From positions 2,752,001 to 2,816,000 of the forward strand of contig OY969724.1 in NCBI GenBank assembly GCA_963702205.1: DNA of 64,000 nucleotides, in the 5' to 3' direction. This stretch comes from an uncultured candidate division Zixibacteria bacterium. Its GTDB lineage: Bacteria > Zixibacteria > MSB-5A5 > GN15 > PGXB01. The position numbers and the translations under genes were made by a program. The notes beneath the pieces are model-generated. The model searched no databases, had not been told where the DNA came from, and worked only from the letters and a program-made list of their open reading frames with translations. This document shows, one piece after another, positions 1 through 11,456 of this stretch (its first letter is position 1; every line of letters starts with the position of its first letter).

Positions 1-503
1 TCCTTGTGCGCCAGCCTGGTGCGGGCCTTAAGGATAATGTCTTTGGCGTCCGGAACCAAATCCGATTCCGGATTGTCGAGCATGAAATTGTTCAATGCCG
101 CGATCGCCAGCTTAAGGTCTTCCTGGTCCAGACCGTAATTTTGTGGCGTGTTTTTAAAATAACACAGCCCGGTCATGTACTGCGCGTCGTCGTACAACTC
201 CGATTGCGGGTAATTCGAAACGAGACGGTTGTACTCAACCGCCGCCAGTTCGTATTCGTCGTTGCCGAAATACGATTGCGCGAGGAAGAACTGCGCCGAA
301 TCGACAAAGACGGCGCCCGGGAAATTATAAACCAGCTGCTGGAATTTCTCTATGGCTGAAAGATATTTTTTGTTCTGAAAATCATTCATCCCCTGATCGA
401 ATAAAAGGCGGGGATCATCGACCAGGTGCATTTTCGGTCCGCCGCAACCCCACAGGCTTATAAGTCCGCCTGCAACTAATATTAGGAATGTGAGCTTTTT
501 CAA
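1..503 (-). CDS. bamD: Outer membrane protein assembly factor BamD (3' end runs off the window)
   Basis: Not in the ORF track. Manual translation from TTG at 503 (overlapping the TGA of the upstream gene) gives MKKLTFLILVAGGLISLWGC (lipoprotein signal), then YLSAIEKFQQLVYNFPG, AQFFLAQSYF, AAVEYNRLVSNYPQS and NYGLDQED, a TPR pattern typical of BamD. Confidence 0.88.
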   Translation of the reverse strand, partial: MKKLTFLILVAGGLISLWGCGGPKMHLVDDPRLLFDQGMNDFQNKKYLSAIEKFQQLVYNFPGAVFVDSAQFFLAQSYFGNDEYELAAVEYNRLVSNYPQSELYDDAQYMTGLCYFKNTPQNYGLDQEDLKLAIAALNNFMLDNPESDLVPDAKDIILKARTRLAHK

Positions 504-1150
504 ATGTCGTATTTCTCCTTGAGCATGTCGTAATTGCTGATTACCCGGTCGAAAAAGGCCCGGGGCAACGGCTTGTTTTTGCGAACCCGGCTTCTGAGTT
601 CCGCTTCGCCGAGATTGTACGAAACTATCGCCTGCCGCACATCTTTGAACTTTAAAATCATTTCAAACAGGTGCAGCGCGCCCATGCGGATGTTGACATC
701 CGGCTGGAAAAGAGTTTCGGCCCCCTCCCAGTCGGCGCCAACCTTATCGGCCAGCGATTTCCCGACAAACGGTCGAATCTGCATCAGGCCGCGAGCGCCA
801 ACCGATGAGATCTGCCCTCGCCTGAACGATGATTCGGTCAGGATCAGGGCCATCAGAAACAGCGGATCGTAATCGTACTTTTTGCATTCATCGGAAATGA
901 CATTGACCAGGCTGGCCTTGTCCTCGTCGCTGAAACCGATCTGGAAATCATCGATTACCTGCAATATCTGGAGCTTTTCTTCGAGCTCGTCTATCCGCTT
1001 GCGCTGAAAGTCGATCTGTTTTTCGAGATTGAATTTCTCCTGCACAAGGTAAATGATAAAAATCGACTGCGACAAATATATAAGGACAAACATGAAGGCG
1101 ATCGGTTTGGATAAAAAGACGCCCAGTTTTTCGAATTTGATCACGGTCAT
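500..1150 (-). CDS. Lytic transglycosylase (SLT domain) with N-terminal TM and coiled coil
   Basis: ALILTESSF catalytic Glu motif, GARGLMQI and SYNLG motifs. Confidence 0.9.
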   Translation of the reverse strand: MTVIKFEKLGVFLSKPIAFMFVLIYLSQSIFIIYLVQEKFNLEKQIDFQRKRIDELEEKLQILQVIDDFQIGFSDEDKASLVNVISDECKKYDYDPLFLMALILTESSFRRGQISSVGARGLMQIRPFVGKSLADKVGADWEGAETLFQPDVNIRMGALHLFEMILKFKDVRQAIVSYNLGEAELRSRVRKNKPLPRAFFDRVISNYDMLKEKYDI

Positions 1151-2472
1151 TCTTTAATCACCTCGGCCAGAAGGTCATAACCATCGGCCATGTTTATTCT
1201 GACATCCACGATGTCGCCGACAGCGAGATTTTTCCCGGTCACATATATGGTCTGGTCAATATCGGGACAATCCCCTTTGGTCCTCGCAATTGCCGGACCT
1301 TGCGGTCTGACCCGGTCAATTATAACTTTTTGATAGGAACCGATCAAGGTCATATTTTTTTTAAAAGCTATCTCCTGCTGAAGGCTCATAATCAAATCCT
1401 GGCGCTCGGCGATGTTTTCTTCGGGGATTTGATCGTCAAAATCGGCCGCGGCGGTTCCTTCTTCGGGTGAATAACCAAAGGCCCCAAGCCGATCGAATTC
1501 GATTTCTTCAATAAACTCCAGCAGTTCATCAAAATCTTCCTCTGTCTCTCCCGGCAGCCCGGCTATGAAAGTCGTCCTTATTATATTTTCCGCACTGCAG
1601 TCGCGGATTCGCCTAATAATTTTCTCGACGCTTTTTTTTGTATAAGGACGATTTATTCTTTTTAAAACGCTATCACTTATATGTTGCAAGGGCAGATCGA
1701 AATATCCCAGAACCTTTTCGGAGGATGACATATATTCGATCAATTCAGCGGTCACCGATTCCGGGTGAAGATACATCAGGCGCAGCCAGGCAAGGCCCTC
1801 GATAGTTTCCAGCCTTTTTAGCAGGGTCTGAATATTTTCGCCATTGTTTCTATCCCGGCCAAACGCGGTGCCTTCCTGCGACACCAGGATTATTTCTTTC
1901 ATCCCTCGCGCTACCAGCATTTCGGCTTCGGCGGTGACGTCATCAACCGTCCGGCTCCTGAACCGCCCCCTGATATACGGAATGGCGCAATATGAGCAAA
2001 AGCGATCGCAGCCATCGGATATTTTAAGATAAGCATATGGCAGAGTTATATCCACCTGGCGATTTTGCCCCACTATATAGCTGAGGTCTCGCGCTTGCGT
2101 TGCCTGCACTCGGTCACCTGTTCGCGGCCCGCCGTCTAAAATTTCTTTAAGCCTCTCGAGTTCGCCCAGTCCGAGGACGGCGTCGACGTGCCTCAATGCG
2201 TGCTTTAATTCCTCACCGTATCGCTGTGATAGACAGCCCGTTATAATAAGCTTATGCAGTTGGCCGTTTGTTTTCCTGTCCTCATATCTCAGGATTTCTT
2301 CAATCGATTCCTCTTTGGCCGGAAGAATAAAACCGCAGGTATTAACAATTATCGCCTCGGCCATGTCGGGGTTTTCGACCATCTCGTGCCCCGCCTCGGT
2401 AAGTTCTCCGCCCATATAGTCGGCGTCGACGTCGTTTTTGGGGCAACCCAGTTTTTTTAAATAAAATTTCAT
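1147..2472 (-). CDS. rimO: Ribosomal protein S12 methylthiotransferase RimO
   Basis: LGCPKNDVD, NTCGFI, GCLSQRY, radical SAM motif CDRFCSYC, C-terminal TRAM domain. Confidence 0.95.
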   Translation of the reverse strand: MKFYLKKLGCPKNDVDADYMGGELTEAGHEMVENPDMAEAIIVNTCGFILPAKEESIEEILRYEDRKTNGQLHKLIITGCLSQRYGEELKHALRHVDAVLGLGELERLKEILDGGPRTGDRVQATQARDLSYIVGQNRQVDITLPYAYLKISDGCDRFCSYCAIPYIRGRFRSRTVDDVTAEAEMLVARGMKEIILVSQEGTAFGRDRNNGENIQTLLKRLETIEGLAWLRLMYLHPESVTAELIEYMSSSEKVLGYFDLPLQHISDSVLKRINRPYTKKSVEKIIRRIRDCSAENIIRTTFIAGLPGETEEDFDELLEFIEEIEFDRLGAFGYSPEEGTAAADFDDQIPEENIAERQDLIMSLQQEIAFKKNMTLIGSYQKVIIDRVRPQGPAIARTKGDCPDIDQTIYVTGKNLAVGDIVDVRINMADGYDLLAEVIKE

Positions 2473-2477
2473 ATTAG

Positions 2478-3095
2478 TTACGGCAGCGTAATGACTTCAA
2501 CGCTGTCGGGGAATTTGACTTCAAAATCGGCCGGGTCAATTTTATCGGAAAATTCATAATCGAGCATGATGACATCGTTGACATCGCCATTGAGGTCATT
2601 ATAAGAAAAATATGCCAAAGTGCCGGGTTGGCGGTCCAAAGTCACTATGAGACTGTCGGGAAGATTTTTATTCTGGTCCGGCTTGACTTTAAAGCGATAC
2701 AAGGAATCCGGAATCATGCACTCAAGAGCATAATGTGCTTTTAAATCTTTGAGGGCCGTCAGTTCGTTTTCGTACACTTCCCCCTTCTTGTAACAATCCT
2801 TCGTAACCTGATTATTATCCGCCGAATATTCCCAGACGCAATGTCCGTCGAACAGGTAGATATCGTCATTAAAGCGGGCGTAATATCGGTCATCGGCGGC
2901 GATCTTGATATCACCGACGGTCGTATCGATATTGCCGAAAATGGGCGATCGGGTAATGATCAAAACGTTCATTTTAATTAATGGCGATTCTTCAAAGCTG
3001 GTCATTAAAGGCTGGATTTTGCCGGTTTCTGCGGATTGTGCCGAGGAAACTGACAATACCAGACCGGATAAGATTATCAGGAGCAGCTTTTTCAT
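2478..3095 (-). CDS. lolA: LolA-like outer-membrane lipoprotein carrier protein
   Basis: Signal peptide; DGHCVWEYSADNNQV matches the LolA DG..VW.Y....QV pattern; lies directly after ftsK, the conserved context. Confidence 0.7.
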   Translation of the reverse strand: MKKLLLIILSGLVLSVSSAQSAETGKIQPLMTSFEESPLIKMNVLIITRSPIFGNIDTTVGDIKIAADDRYYARFNDDIYLFDGHCVWEYSADNNQVTKDCYKKGEVYENELTALKDLKAHYALECMIPDSLYRFKVKPDQNKNLPDSLIVTLDRQPGTLAYFSYNDLNGDVNDVIMLDYEFSDKIDPADFEVKFPDSVEVITLP

Positions 3096-3121
3096 ACTTA
3101 GATATTTTACGTTCGTTTCGA

Positions 3122-5446
3122 TCAGGAGTTCGAGTTTCCCAGCGACCGGGAGGTTATCATTTTTTCCAGGAAGCTCTTGTCCACCAGAACCTTTCGGGCC
3201 TTGCTCCCGTCGTAGGCGCTGACCACTCCGGCCGCTTCCAACTTGTCTATAAGCCGCGCCGCACGCTGATAGCCGATACCGAGTTTCCGCTGCAAAAGTG
3301 AAACTGACCCCTGCTTGTGCCTTATAACCGTCTCAACCGCTTCTACGAATACGGGATCGTCGAGGTCAAGCGCGTCTTCCTGCTCTTCGTCTTCCTCGGT
3401 TTTTTCTTCAATCGGCGCAGCCTCAGTTGGGAACTGGTCGGTTATAAACTTGACCAGGTTTTCGCTCTCCTCGCTGGAAAGAAAAGCACCGTGCAGACGA
3501 ATCGGTTCCGGCTGCCCCGGCGGCAGAAACAGCATGTCACCGTTGCCGAGGAGTTTTTCCGCGCCGTTGCCATCGAGGATAGTCCGCGAATCGATCCGCG
3601 ATGCTACCTGGAAGGCGATCCGCGACGGGAAGTTGGCTTTGATAAGGCCCGTGATGACGTCGACCGACGGCCTTTGCGTCGCCAGCACCAGATGAATCCC
3701 GACCGCCCGGGCCATTTGCGCCAGCCGGGTGATTAGCACTTCGATTCGCGATGACGCCGAAGCCATCATCATGTCGGCCAGTTCATCGACGACGATTACG
3801 ATATACGGCAGCCTTTCTTCGTCTTTATCGAGTCGGGCGTTATAATCGACGATGTTTCGCACAGCTTTACCGGCCAGTTTCTTGTATCTTTTTTCCATTT
3901 CAACGACGGCATCTGCCAGGACTTTTTCGGCGCGTTTGGAGTTGGTTACAACCGGCCGCGCCATGTGGGGAATGCCGGAGTATGGTGTCAGTTCGAGCAT
4001 TTTGGGATCAATAAAGATAAATTGCAATTCATTGGGATGCAAACGATACACCAGAGACGTTATCAGTACATTTATGCAAACCGATTTGCCCGACCCGGTC
4101 GCTCCGGCGATCAATAGATGTGGCATTTTGGCGAGATCGGTAGCGTAAGGTTTCCCGGAAATGGTTTTGCCCAGCGCAATAGGCAGACGCAGGTCGGGGT
4201 TGCGGTATGCATCCGAATTCAGAATTTCCTTGATATAAACCATGCGCGGGGACCGGTTGGGTATTTCCACGCCAACTTTGGCCTTGCCCGGTATAGGTGC
4301 GACGATTCTTATTCTTTTGGCCCGCAGTGACAGCGCCAGGTCGTCGGACAGGTTCGTGATTTGATGTACTTTTACTCCCGCCGCCGGTTTTATTTCATAG
4401 CGCGTAATGACCGGTCCGGGGTATTTATCGATATCGCCTTGTATGGTTACGCCAAAAGTTTCAAGAGTCTCTTTTAATGAACGGGAAGCCATTTCCAACT
4501 CTTCTTTGCTCACCGACAGGCCGGGTTCGGGATTATCGGTAAGAAGGTCCAGCCCGGGGAATTTATAGTCGACGGTTTCGAGGCCGATTGCGACCACCGG
4601 TTTTTTCTTTATTGTAATTTTTTGACGACGTTTGCCGTTCGATGTCTTTTCTCTCTCCAGATTTTCTACAGGATCCTCTTCCTCGGAACTCATCTCAGGC
4701 TCTTTGGCCGCCCGGCCCGGACGCGGCGCCGAACCGATATCGGTATACCCGGGGTCCCCGGCATTCTCATCGTCATCGTCTTCATACTCAGTTTCACTCC
4801 GAGCGAACAGACCGGCTATCCAGTCTTTTATACCGGCAATTCCGATTTTAAACGATCTGGAAATGCCGGCTGTGATTTTATCCAAAGATCCGATATGAAA
4901 TCGCAGAAGAGGATACTTATAGCCCAGAACTATCAGCCAAACTATTATTCCGGCCCCGAGCACGACAAACGACCCGGTCGACCCGAGGATTTTCATGAAA
5001 AAGAGCGTCAGATAAAAGAACACATACCCGCCGTTGGCCTCGGCATAGGTTACTTCCAGCGTGGCATGATGCACGAGATAGACATCGGTCATCATAGTCA
5101 TTAGGGAGCACACGGATGCAATAAATAAAAATCCGGGAAACAAGGGCCGGGCCCACTCGAACTTCAAAAACCGAAAGCCCCAGAAAATCATGGCGATAGA
5201 CAAAAATACCGACAACCAGCCGCAGAAGAAGAACAAAACATAGGATGACATGGCCCCGGCGATCCCCACCTGATTTCTGAAATCTATGGAGAAAGGATTG
5301 TCACGAGAGACTATGCGTTGATCATCCCAGCCGGTGTGCGACAGCAGTGAAATTAAAATAAGAATAGCCAGAAGAATCAGGCCGACTCCGAGGATCTTCC
5401 TTTTTCTCTCGCCATTGCCGTTGCTTTTGTTCTTACGCGAGGCCAT
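3122..5446 (-). CDS. ftsK: DNA translocase FtsK
   Basis: N-terminal TM domain, MPHLLIAGATGSGKSV Walker A, VDELAD, LATQRPS, gamma domain SVSLLQRKLGIGYQRAARL. Confidence 0.97.
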   Translation of the reverse strand: MASRKNKSNGNGERKRKILGVGLILLAILILISLLSHTGWDDQRIVSRDNPFSIDFRNQVGIAGAMSSYVLFFFCGWLSVFLSIAMIFWGFRFLKFEWARPLFPGFLFIASVCSLMTMMTDVYLVHHATLEVTYAEANGGYVFFYLTLFFMKILGSTGSFVVLGAGIIVWLIVLGYKYPLLRFHIGSLDKITAGISRSFKIGIAGIKDWIAGLFARSETEYEDDDDENAGDPGYTDIGSAPRPGRAAKEPEMSSEEEDPVENLEREKTSNGKRRQKITIKKKPVVAIGLETVDYKFPGLDLLTDNPEPGLSVSKEELEMASRSLKETLETFGVTIQGDIDKYPGPVITRYEIKPAAGVKVHQITNLSDDLALSLRAKRIRIVAPIPGKAKVGVEIPNRSPRMVYIKEILNSDAYRNPDLRLPIALGKTISGKPYATDLAKMPHLLIAGATGSGKSVCINVLITSLVYRLHPNELQFIFIDPKMLELTPYSGIPHMARPVVTNSKRAEKVLADAVVEMEKRYKKLAGKAVRNIVDYNARLDKDEERLPYIVIVVDELADMMMASASSRIEVLITRLAQMARAVGIHLVLATQRPSVDVITGLIKANFPSRIAFQVASRIDSRTILDGNGAEKLLGNGDMLFLPPGQPEPIRLHGAFLSSEESENLVKFITDQFPTEAAPIEEKTEEDEEQEDALDLDDPVFVEAVETVIRHKQGSVSLLQRKLGIGYQRAARLIDKLEAAGVVSAYDGSKARKVLVDKSFLEKMITSRSLGNSNS

Positions 5447-5471
5447 TGGTGGTAATTTCTATCCCGAACGA

Positions 5472-5500
5472 AAATTACACAATAGGACCGTTTGGGTCAA
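5472..5500 (-). promoter_or_regulatory. Putative sigma70-type promoter of ftsK
   Basis: TTGACC-N17-TAATTT on the minus strand, upstream of the ftsK start. Confidence 0.45.
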
Positions 5501-5502
5501 CC

Positions 5503-5535
5503 AAAAAAAAAGAAGGCAGAGATACCTCTGCCTTC
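5503..5535 (-). terminator. Intrinsic terminator after the HU gene
   Basis: Perfect 10-bp stem GAAGGCAGAG/CTCTGCCTTC with a 4-nt loop, followed by a T run on the minus strand. Confidence 0.9.
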
Positions 5536-5557
5536 AACGGGTGTAAAAACACGAAAC

Positions 5558-5833
5558 CTACTTCTTGACTGCTTCGCGCAGGGTCTTGCCGGCACGGAAA
5601 TGCGGAACTTTCGAGGCCGGGATATTGATTTTGGCACCGGTCTGAGGATTACGACCGACTCTCGCTTTGCGCTTGTTGACCGTGAAAGTACCGAAACCGA
5701 CAAAGCTTACTTTCTTGCCTTTTTTCAGGCTGGCCGTGATGTTGCCGATAAAGCTGCTCAGAGCGTCTGTAGCCTGGCGTTTGTTGATACCGGCGTCCTT
5801 GGCGATCTTTGAGATCATTTCATCCTTGGTCAT
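5558..5833 (-). CDS. hup: DNA-binding protein HU
   Basis: GFGTF, RKARVGRNPQTGAKINIPA and PHFRAGKTLREAV HU signature. Confidence 0.95.
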   Translation of the reverse strand: MTKDEMISKIAKDAGINKRQATDALSSFIGNITASLKKGKKVSFVGFGTFTVNKRKARVGRNPQTGAKINIPASKVPHFRAGKTLREAVKK

Positions 5834-5981
5834 GGGTAAACACCTTTACTTTAAGGGTTCTCGGTTTTGACTTTTTAAAAAGATCGATAATTTTTTAAGC
5901 TATTGTCAATAAAAAAAATATCGCGATACCCCGAAAAAAGCAATAATGACGGGCTTTTAGGACGCTACGGCCCGAAAACGC

Positions 5982-8900
5982 TTAGAAAAACGGGGCCCTC
6001 GTGCTGCCCGATTCCGATTTTTCCACTTTGATATCGGGAATTTGAATGACGTTGATAATAAACCCGTAGCCGGAATTGGAACCATTCGGCTTCCAATAGA
6101 AGCGGCCCTGCCAGCAGCCCATTTCGCGATGCACTTCGATACTTCGGCGAACCGTGTTGTCATTGGCGATGTCATAATACTGGGAATAAACTACATCCCA
6201 ATTGGGGCTGGGCTTGATTTCGAGCGTGAAGTCAATGGTATGTGTCTTGTTGAAGCTATCGCCCCGTCCGCTTTCCTGATAATAATGTCGCACGGATAAA
6301 TTCCAGGTTTGGTCGGACGTTTCAATATCGCCGCCCTGGCAGTTGGGATCGCTGCAGGGCAGGACCGAGCGGTAATGCCCAAAAACTCCGCTCGTGCTGA
6401 AACGGGTGGATATATTGAACGACTTCAGGTACGGAGAAAACAGGTTGAGTTCATCGGTTCCCGGTTTATACAGCTCGTGAATGATGCTACCGGACATATT
6501 TATGTATTTCAGGATGGACGTCTGAGCTGTGGTCGTCAGGTCTGAAAACTTGCGGCCTTTGGCTTCGAGATTGTACGACAGCGAATGGTTCAAAGTTAAG
6601 AGTGTCAGATTCCGGGACTGCTCACCGGACTTGACCTTGGCCTGGAACAGCTGGCTTAACGAAAAAGTCATCGACTGGCTTTTACTACTGCTGCCTCCGC
6701 CCGTCCCGGTATAGTTTTTCACGGCGTCGTTCTTCGTAATCTCCGGAGCATACGAATAGGCAATCCTCGGGGTCAGCACGTGGCGCAGCGCCTGCAGTCC
6801 GAACAGATTCGGCTCGACGTTTCCGTAAAGGTCGGTTCCCGCCGAAACCGACGCACTATAGGCATAGCGGCGATAAAATTTGGAAGCGTCGATCCCGGCG
6901 TCGATGCTTTGATCCGTCTCGAAAACTTTGTACCATGTTTCCTGATAAGGCATCGAAAGGGTGAACTTCAGATAGCGGAAAAGCGTAAACGGCGTCGACA
7001 GGCCGGTGCTGTGATTGACGACGGCGTATTCACGTCGGCTTTTGGTGCCGTCGGTCAGCGTATTTCTCGAACTGTAATTGCGCATGCTGATATTATAATT
7101 CATATAGATATCGTTGTACCACGAGCCTTTGGTCTGGCCATCATCGCTTTTTTTCGGTGAACCGAACAGCGGCCGCGACGGAAACGAAATCGACGCCGAA
7201 GGCAGCAGATCGCTCCGGGATTCTTCGTCAAGATTGTCGGTATGAGTAAACTGCGCGCTCAGGGCAGTGTTGCCGAATCGTTTGGCAATCGACAGCTGGC
7301 TTTTGATATTGCGGTTGAGCCGGTCGTTTTCGTTCGAAGAAAAATCGGTATAATAGCTTTTGTCGGATACGAAATTGCCCGAGGCCCGAATCGACATCGT
7401 CGGACTGACCGTTTGCGAGTGATTGACCACAAGGCTCCAGCGCTGCTGGCGAACCTGCTGGTAACTTTCGAATCTGCTGTCGCTGCCGAACGAGCCTGCA
7501 ATTGACCCGTTGAATTTATAGCGGACATTATAGCGAAACTCGCCGTTGAATTTCAGACCATAGTCTTCAAAGTAATCCATCGATCCTTTCAAGTCCCAGA
7601 ATTCAGACGCCGCCCAGTAATATCCGACATTTTGCAAATACCGCGAACCACGCTCGAAATTACCGATTTTGAACGGCAAAAAACCGCTGTGACGTCCGGG
7701 CTTTACGGGGAATACATAATACGGTACAATCATGAGCGGCAGCTTCTCGATACGAAATACCACCGGGCGGGCGATAATTTTATCGCCCCGGATCATTTTC
7801 ATATTTCGCGACCAGAAGCTGACACCGCCGTCTTCCCTATCGCAGGGTATGTAGACTCCATTCTTGACATAATAGACGTCTTTTTCGACCCGATACAAAT
7901 CCTGACCGTGATAAAAGGCCTGCTGATATTCGGTCTTCGACTGATGAATAAGTCCCCGCTCCGTTTCCAGAGAATACTCCATATATGATCCGAGAAGCTC
8001 CTCGGTTCCGTCGTTCAGAATAACAGGATAGTACACCAGCCCGGTATCATTGACTTTGCTCGAATCATCGTAAGCCAGCACCAATTGCCGGGTGGTCAGG
8101 TAATCGACTTTGGCCGCCGCCAAAGACATTTTCCCGCTGACCACTTTGGCCTGCCCTGTAAGCACGATGGTTGAATCGTCCAGATTATAATCAATGCGAT
8201 TGCCATTGTAATCGATGGTATCCACGACCGGACCCGTTAGAGTATCGTTGGCCGGTTTTTTCCCGCTCAAATACTGTCCCTCGGCGCCCCCGATGATGTT
8301 TACTTCGGACAGGGATTTGTCGACGAGGTACAGTTTTATAGTATCGCCCGAGGCATAATTTTTGACCGTTTCCTGGCTGTCGATTACGGCCGGATTGTAA
8401 AATGAATATGCCTGCCGCGCCGCGATGACCGTTTTTAAATCTCCCCCGGCGAAATAGAAATCCAGATCGAATGCCTTCAGCTCGAAATGATCCTGCCGGG
8501 ATGAGTCGCTTTTATTGGGCTCGGTGAAATCGCCTTTGGCGTCGCCCATGACGGTAATCCGATCGAGATTGCCCTTATGCGAGAAAAAGACGAGAGTATC
8601 GCCCGTAATGTAAGAATCCTTTCTCTGCGCAACCGGATTTCCGCCGAGAAGTGTAACGACGTCATTATCGCCGTACATAATCGCCCGTTCTGATTTCGAT
8701 TCGGTGTCCTGCTGTCGTATGACAACGTCGCCGTCGGCGTATCCGATTTTGTCGGCGGAATTGAAAGCTATCCGGTCGGCCACGATCTGAATCATGCGGG
8801 CGGTGTCTTCGAAATTGACGTACAGAATTGGCCTATTGAACATGCGGAATATCGATGAATCCCGGCTGAACCATGCGTTGTTTCCGATTGCTTTGAGCGA

Positions 8901-9261
8901 ATCTATGCGGGAGATTATAGTAACCTTTTTGCCGTTGGCCGTCACCGTACGTTTGGCGATATCGTAATCGATGATATCGGCGTCGATTTGGTTGGCAGTG
9001 TCCTGAGCAAGGGCATGCCCTTTGAGCCGAATGGCTTCGTCTTTGATGAACATAACCGTATCGGAGGAGAAAGTCCAGACGCCGTACGTGCAGACAACCG
9101 AGTCTTTGACAAATATCGTGTCTTTATCGTGACCACGAATGTACCTCGTACGACCCATAGGCATTGAGTCGCAGCCGTTCATCCTGGGCCGACGCCGTCG
9201 CGGCGACAACTGCCAGAATCAGGCATACGCCCAGCACACGAGACCAACTTCTACTTCGCAA
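5982..9261 (-). CDS. lptD: LPS assembly protein LptD with long N-terminal OstA/beta-jellyroll region; one extra base near 9144-9145 separates the signal peptide
   Basis: GRHSGFL, GYYWAASEF and a beta-barrel C-terminus typical of FCB-type LptD. Likely start is TTG at 9261 behind GAGGAG, giving MRSRSWSRVLGVCLILAVVAATASA-QDE, which is 1 nt out of frame with the 5982..9209 ORF. Confidence 0.85.
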
Positions 9262-10447
9262 GTCGCTCCTCAATTATCTTGTCAAATTCGCCGATATATT
9301 TTTCGATCCGGTCTTCATCGATATTCCCGACCTGTGCCAGCGTTGCCCCGCCACCACCTTTACCGCCAAATCGATCCATAAACTCACGCGCAAGTTCATC
9401 GGCCTTAATATTGGCGCCTTCGGAACATGCGATCAAAAGCCTGCTATTACTCGAAAAGGCCACCACCGCCTTGACTTTGTTGGCCGCCATCAGGGCCATA
9501 TCTTTAATCTGGTTGAAATCGTCAGTGGAGAAACGATTAATCAATAGTCTGATGCCGCCAAAATCAGGGGCCCGCTCGATCATTTCGTCAAGCTCATATT
9601 CAAACAGCCGTTTGTTTTGCCGGGCGATGGTGCGACGCAATTGTTGATTGTCTTCCGCCAGCCGCGACACTTTGTCAGGCAGATCTGCAAAATGACAGGT
9701 CAAACTCGTCACGACTGAAGTCGCCACCCGGTGCTTTGCCCGGTAATCGTCGAGAGCCGCATTGCCGCACAGAAACGATATTCGAAAGTGCCCCCGGAGT
9801 CTTTCGGTGCCGATTATCTTGATCGGGCCGACCTCACCGGTTCGGCTGCAGTGGGTTCCGCCGCAGGCATTGGTATCATAATCACCTATATGCACGATAC
9901 GGAAGGTCCCTTCTCGGTCGGGGATTTTGCGCAGAGGCAGGTTCTTTATTTCGCTTTCATCGTAAAATTTGGGCGTAATGGAAAGATTTTTCATGACTAT
10001 GTCATTGGCCAGCTTTTCAGCCCGGTCCATTTGATCGTCGGTCAGTTCTTCCGCTGAAAGCTCGATGGTCCCGATCTCGCCGTGATTGGCGCTGATAGTG
10101 TCGACGTCGGCGATCTTAATAAACGCTTGCGATAAAATGTGCTGCCCGGTATGCCGCCGCATGTTTTCCAACCGGCGGGCCATATCAATAATTCCTTCGA
10201 CTCGATCCCCGACTGCAAAGCGGCCCGAAACCACCACGTGGACTATTTCTTCCCGTTCGTTTTCGCGGATTGTGACGATGGCCGAACCGGCCAGTTGCCC
10301 CAAATCCGAAGGCTGTCCTCCCGCTTCGGGGAAAAAGGCCGTCTGGTCGAGGATAACCTCCAGGCCATCGTTGCTCCGCTCGACGTGGAGTACAGTCGCC
10401 TCGAAGCGATCCATATAGGGATCGTCATGAAAAAGTCGTTTGGTCAT
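9251..10447 (-). CDS. Alanyl-tRNA editing protein (AlaX-type) with DHHA1 domain
   Basis: DQTAFFPEAGGQPSD, HTGQH and CGGTH Zn-binding editing motifs, C-terminal GGKGGG. Confidence 0.92.
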   Translation of the reverse strand: MTKRLFHDDPYMDRFEATVLHVERSNDGLEVILDQTAFFPEAGGQPSDLGQLAGSAIVTIRENEREEIVHVVVSGRFAVGDRVEGIIDMARRLENMRRHTGQHILSQAFIKIADVDTISANHGEIGTIELSAEELTDDQMDRAEKLANDIVMKNLSITPKFYDESEIKNLPLRKIPDREGTFRIVHIGDYDTNACGGTHCSRTGEVGPIKIIGTERLRGHFRISFLCGNAALDDYRAKHRVATSVVTSLTCHFADLPDKVSRLAEDNQQLRRTIARQNKRLFEYELDEMIERAPDFGGIRLLINRFSTDDFNQIKDMALMAANKVKAVVAFSSNSRLLIACSEGANIKADELAREFMDRFGGKGGGGATLAQVGNIDEDRIEKYIGEFDKIIEERLAK

Positions 10448-10547
10448 TTTATATGTGTTTTAGTCTATTCCCTATAGATTATACATACCTTGGAGCGGTC
10501 GGGAAAGCCTTTATTCACAATTTGATGAAATTAGGTTAGACCGGGGA

Positions 10548-11456
10548 TTATTCGAGTTTCAATTCCACCTGCTGAGGAATAAATCGTCCGGAATGGTTGG
10601 CCCGGAAATCAGCGCCGAGATAGAATAAATACCACAATTTCTGGGCGGTGCGCGCTCCGGAAGCAATCTGAAACAACACGAATTCGAGAAATATGCCGAC
10701 CAGACCTCCGATGCCGCCGATGACCATAAGCGCGACGTATTCCACAAAAAGCCAGATTATAATGAAAGGCAGGTAGGTAACAATATAAACTCTGATTATT
10801 TTCGTAAACCGGGGCCGGAAAAAATCGGCGGCAATTTTCAATATTTCTTTGAAAGTTTTATCGGGATCGGCGGCCAGCGCGGCTCTCGCCGAGTCAGAGA
10901 AAATGGAAGCGGCCAGAAGTATCAAAAATACTATTACCAGCTTCCCGAATAAAAAGATCAACGCGGGCGGGCCGATCAAATTCTGGCCGAACGCCGCGAA
11001 TACGTTGACAATAAACAGCCCGGAAAACAGAAGCATCATATAGACTATCAGCATCAACAGTGTAATTTTGATATGCCCGAAAAACCGGCTGCCGCACTCG
11101 TTCCAAACGTCTTTCTTCGATTCAGATATTTTCTTCCCGGAGACAACCACATAATAGAGCCCACCATTAATAAACTGCATGACAATCAGATATAAAATGG
11201 TTGCCGTCAGGATATAGCCCGCGAACAAGCCTATCGCGTCGCCTTTTTGAAAAAGCAATTCCACCAGCACCGACACATCCCAGCTGCTCATCAATGACTT
11301 TGAAAAAACTGACGGAGATAAAACCGCATTGGCCGACAAATAAACCGGGATGACAACAATCAATGCCAATATGGCTTTGACAAGATAAATTCCCAGCCAG
11401 AGCATTTTGGCGTCGACCGCCTTTTTTGCGCTTCTTATAAGGCTTTTAATCACCAC
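10548..11456 (-). CDS. Multi-pass membrane protein, coupled to the upstream M1-like gene
   Basis: Several hydrophobic helices; start overlaps the stop of the 11450..13234 ORF. Confidence 0.8.
   Translation of the reverse strand: MVIKSLIRSAKKAVDAKMLWLGIYLVKAILALIVVIPVYLSANAVLSPSVFSKSLMSSWDVSVLVELLFQKGDAIGLFAGYILTATILYLIVMQFINGGLYYVVVSGKKISESKKDVWNECGSRFFGHIKITLLMLIVYMMLLFSGLFIVNVFAAFGQNLIGPPALIFLFGKLVIVFLILLAASIFSDSARAALAADPDKTFKEILKIAADFFRPRFTKIIRVYIVTYLPFIIIWLFVEYVALMVIGGIGGLVGIFLEFVLFQIASGARTAQKLWYLFYLGADFRANHSGRFIPQQVELKLE

Noticed and set aside
6..359. 117-aa plus-strand ORF
   Set aside because: Antisense shadow of bamD, which is clearly coded on the minus strand.
9145..9209. N-terminus MSPRRRRPRM... 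of the 1075-aa ORF as the LptD start
   Set aside because: Out-of-frame reading; the SD and signal peptide are in the frame starting at 9261.
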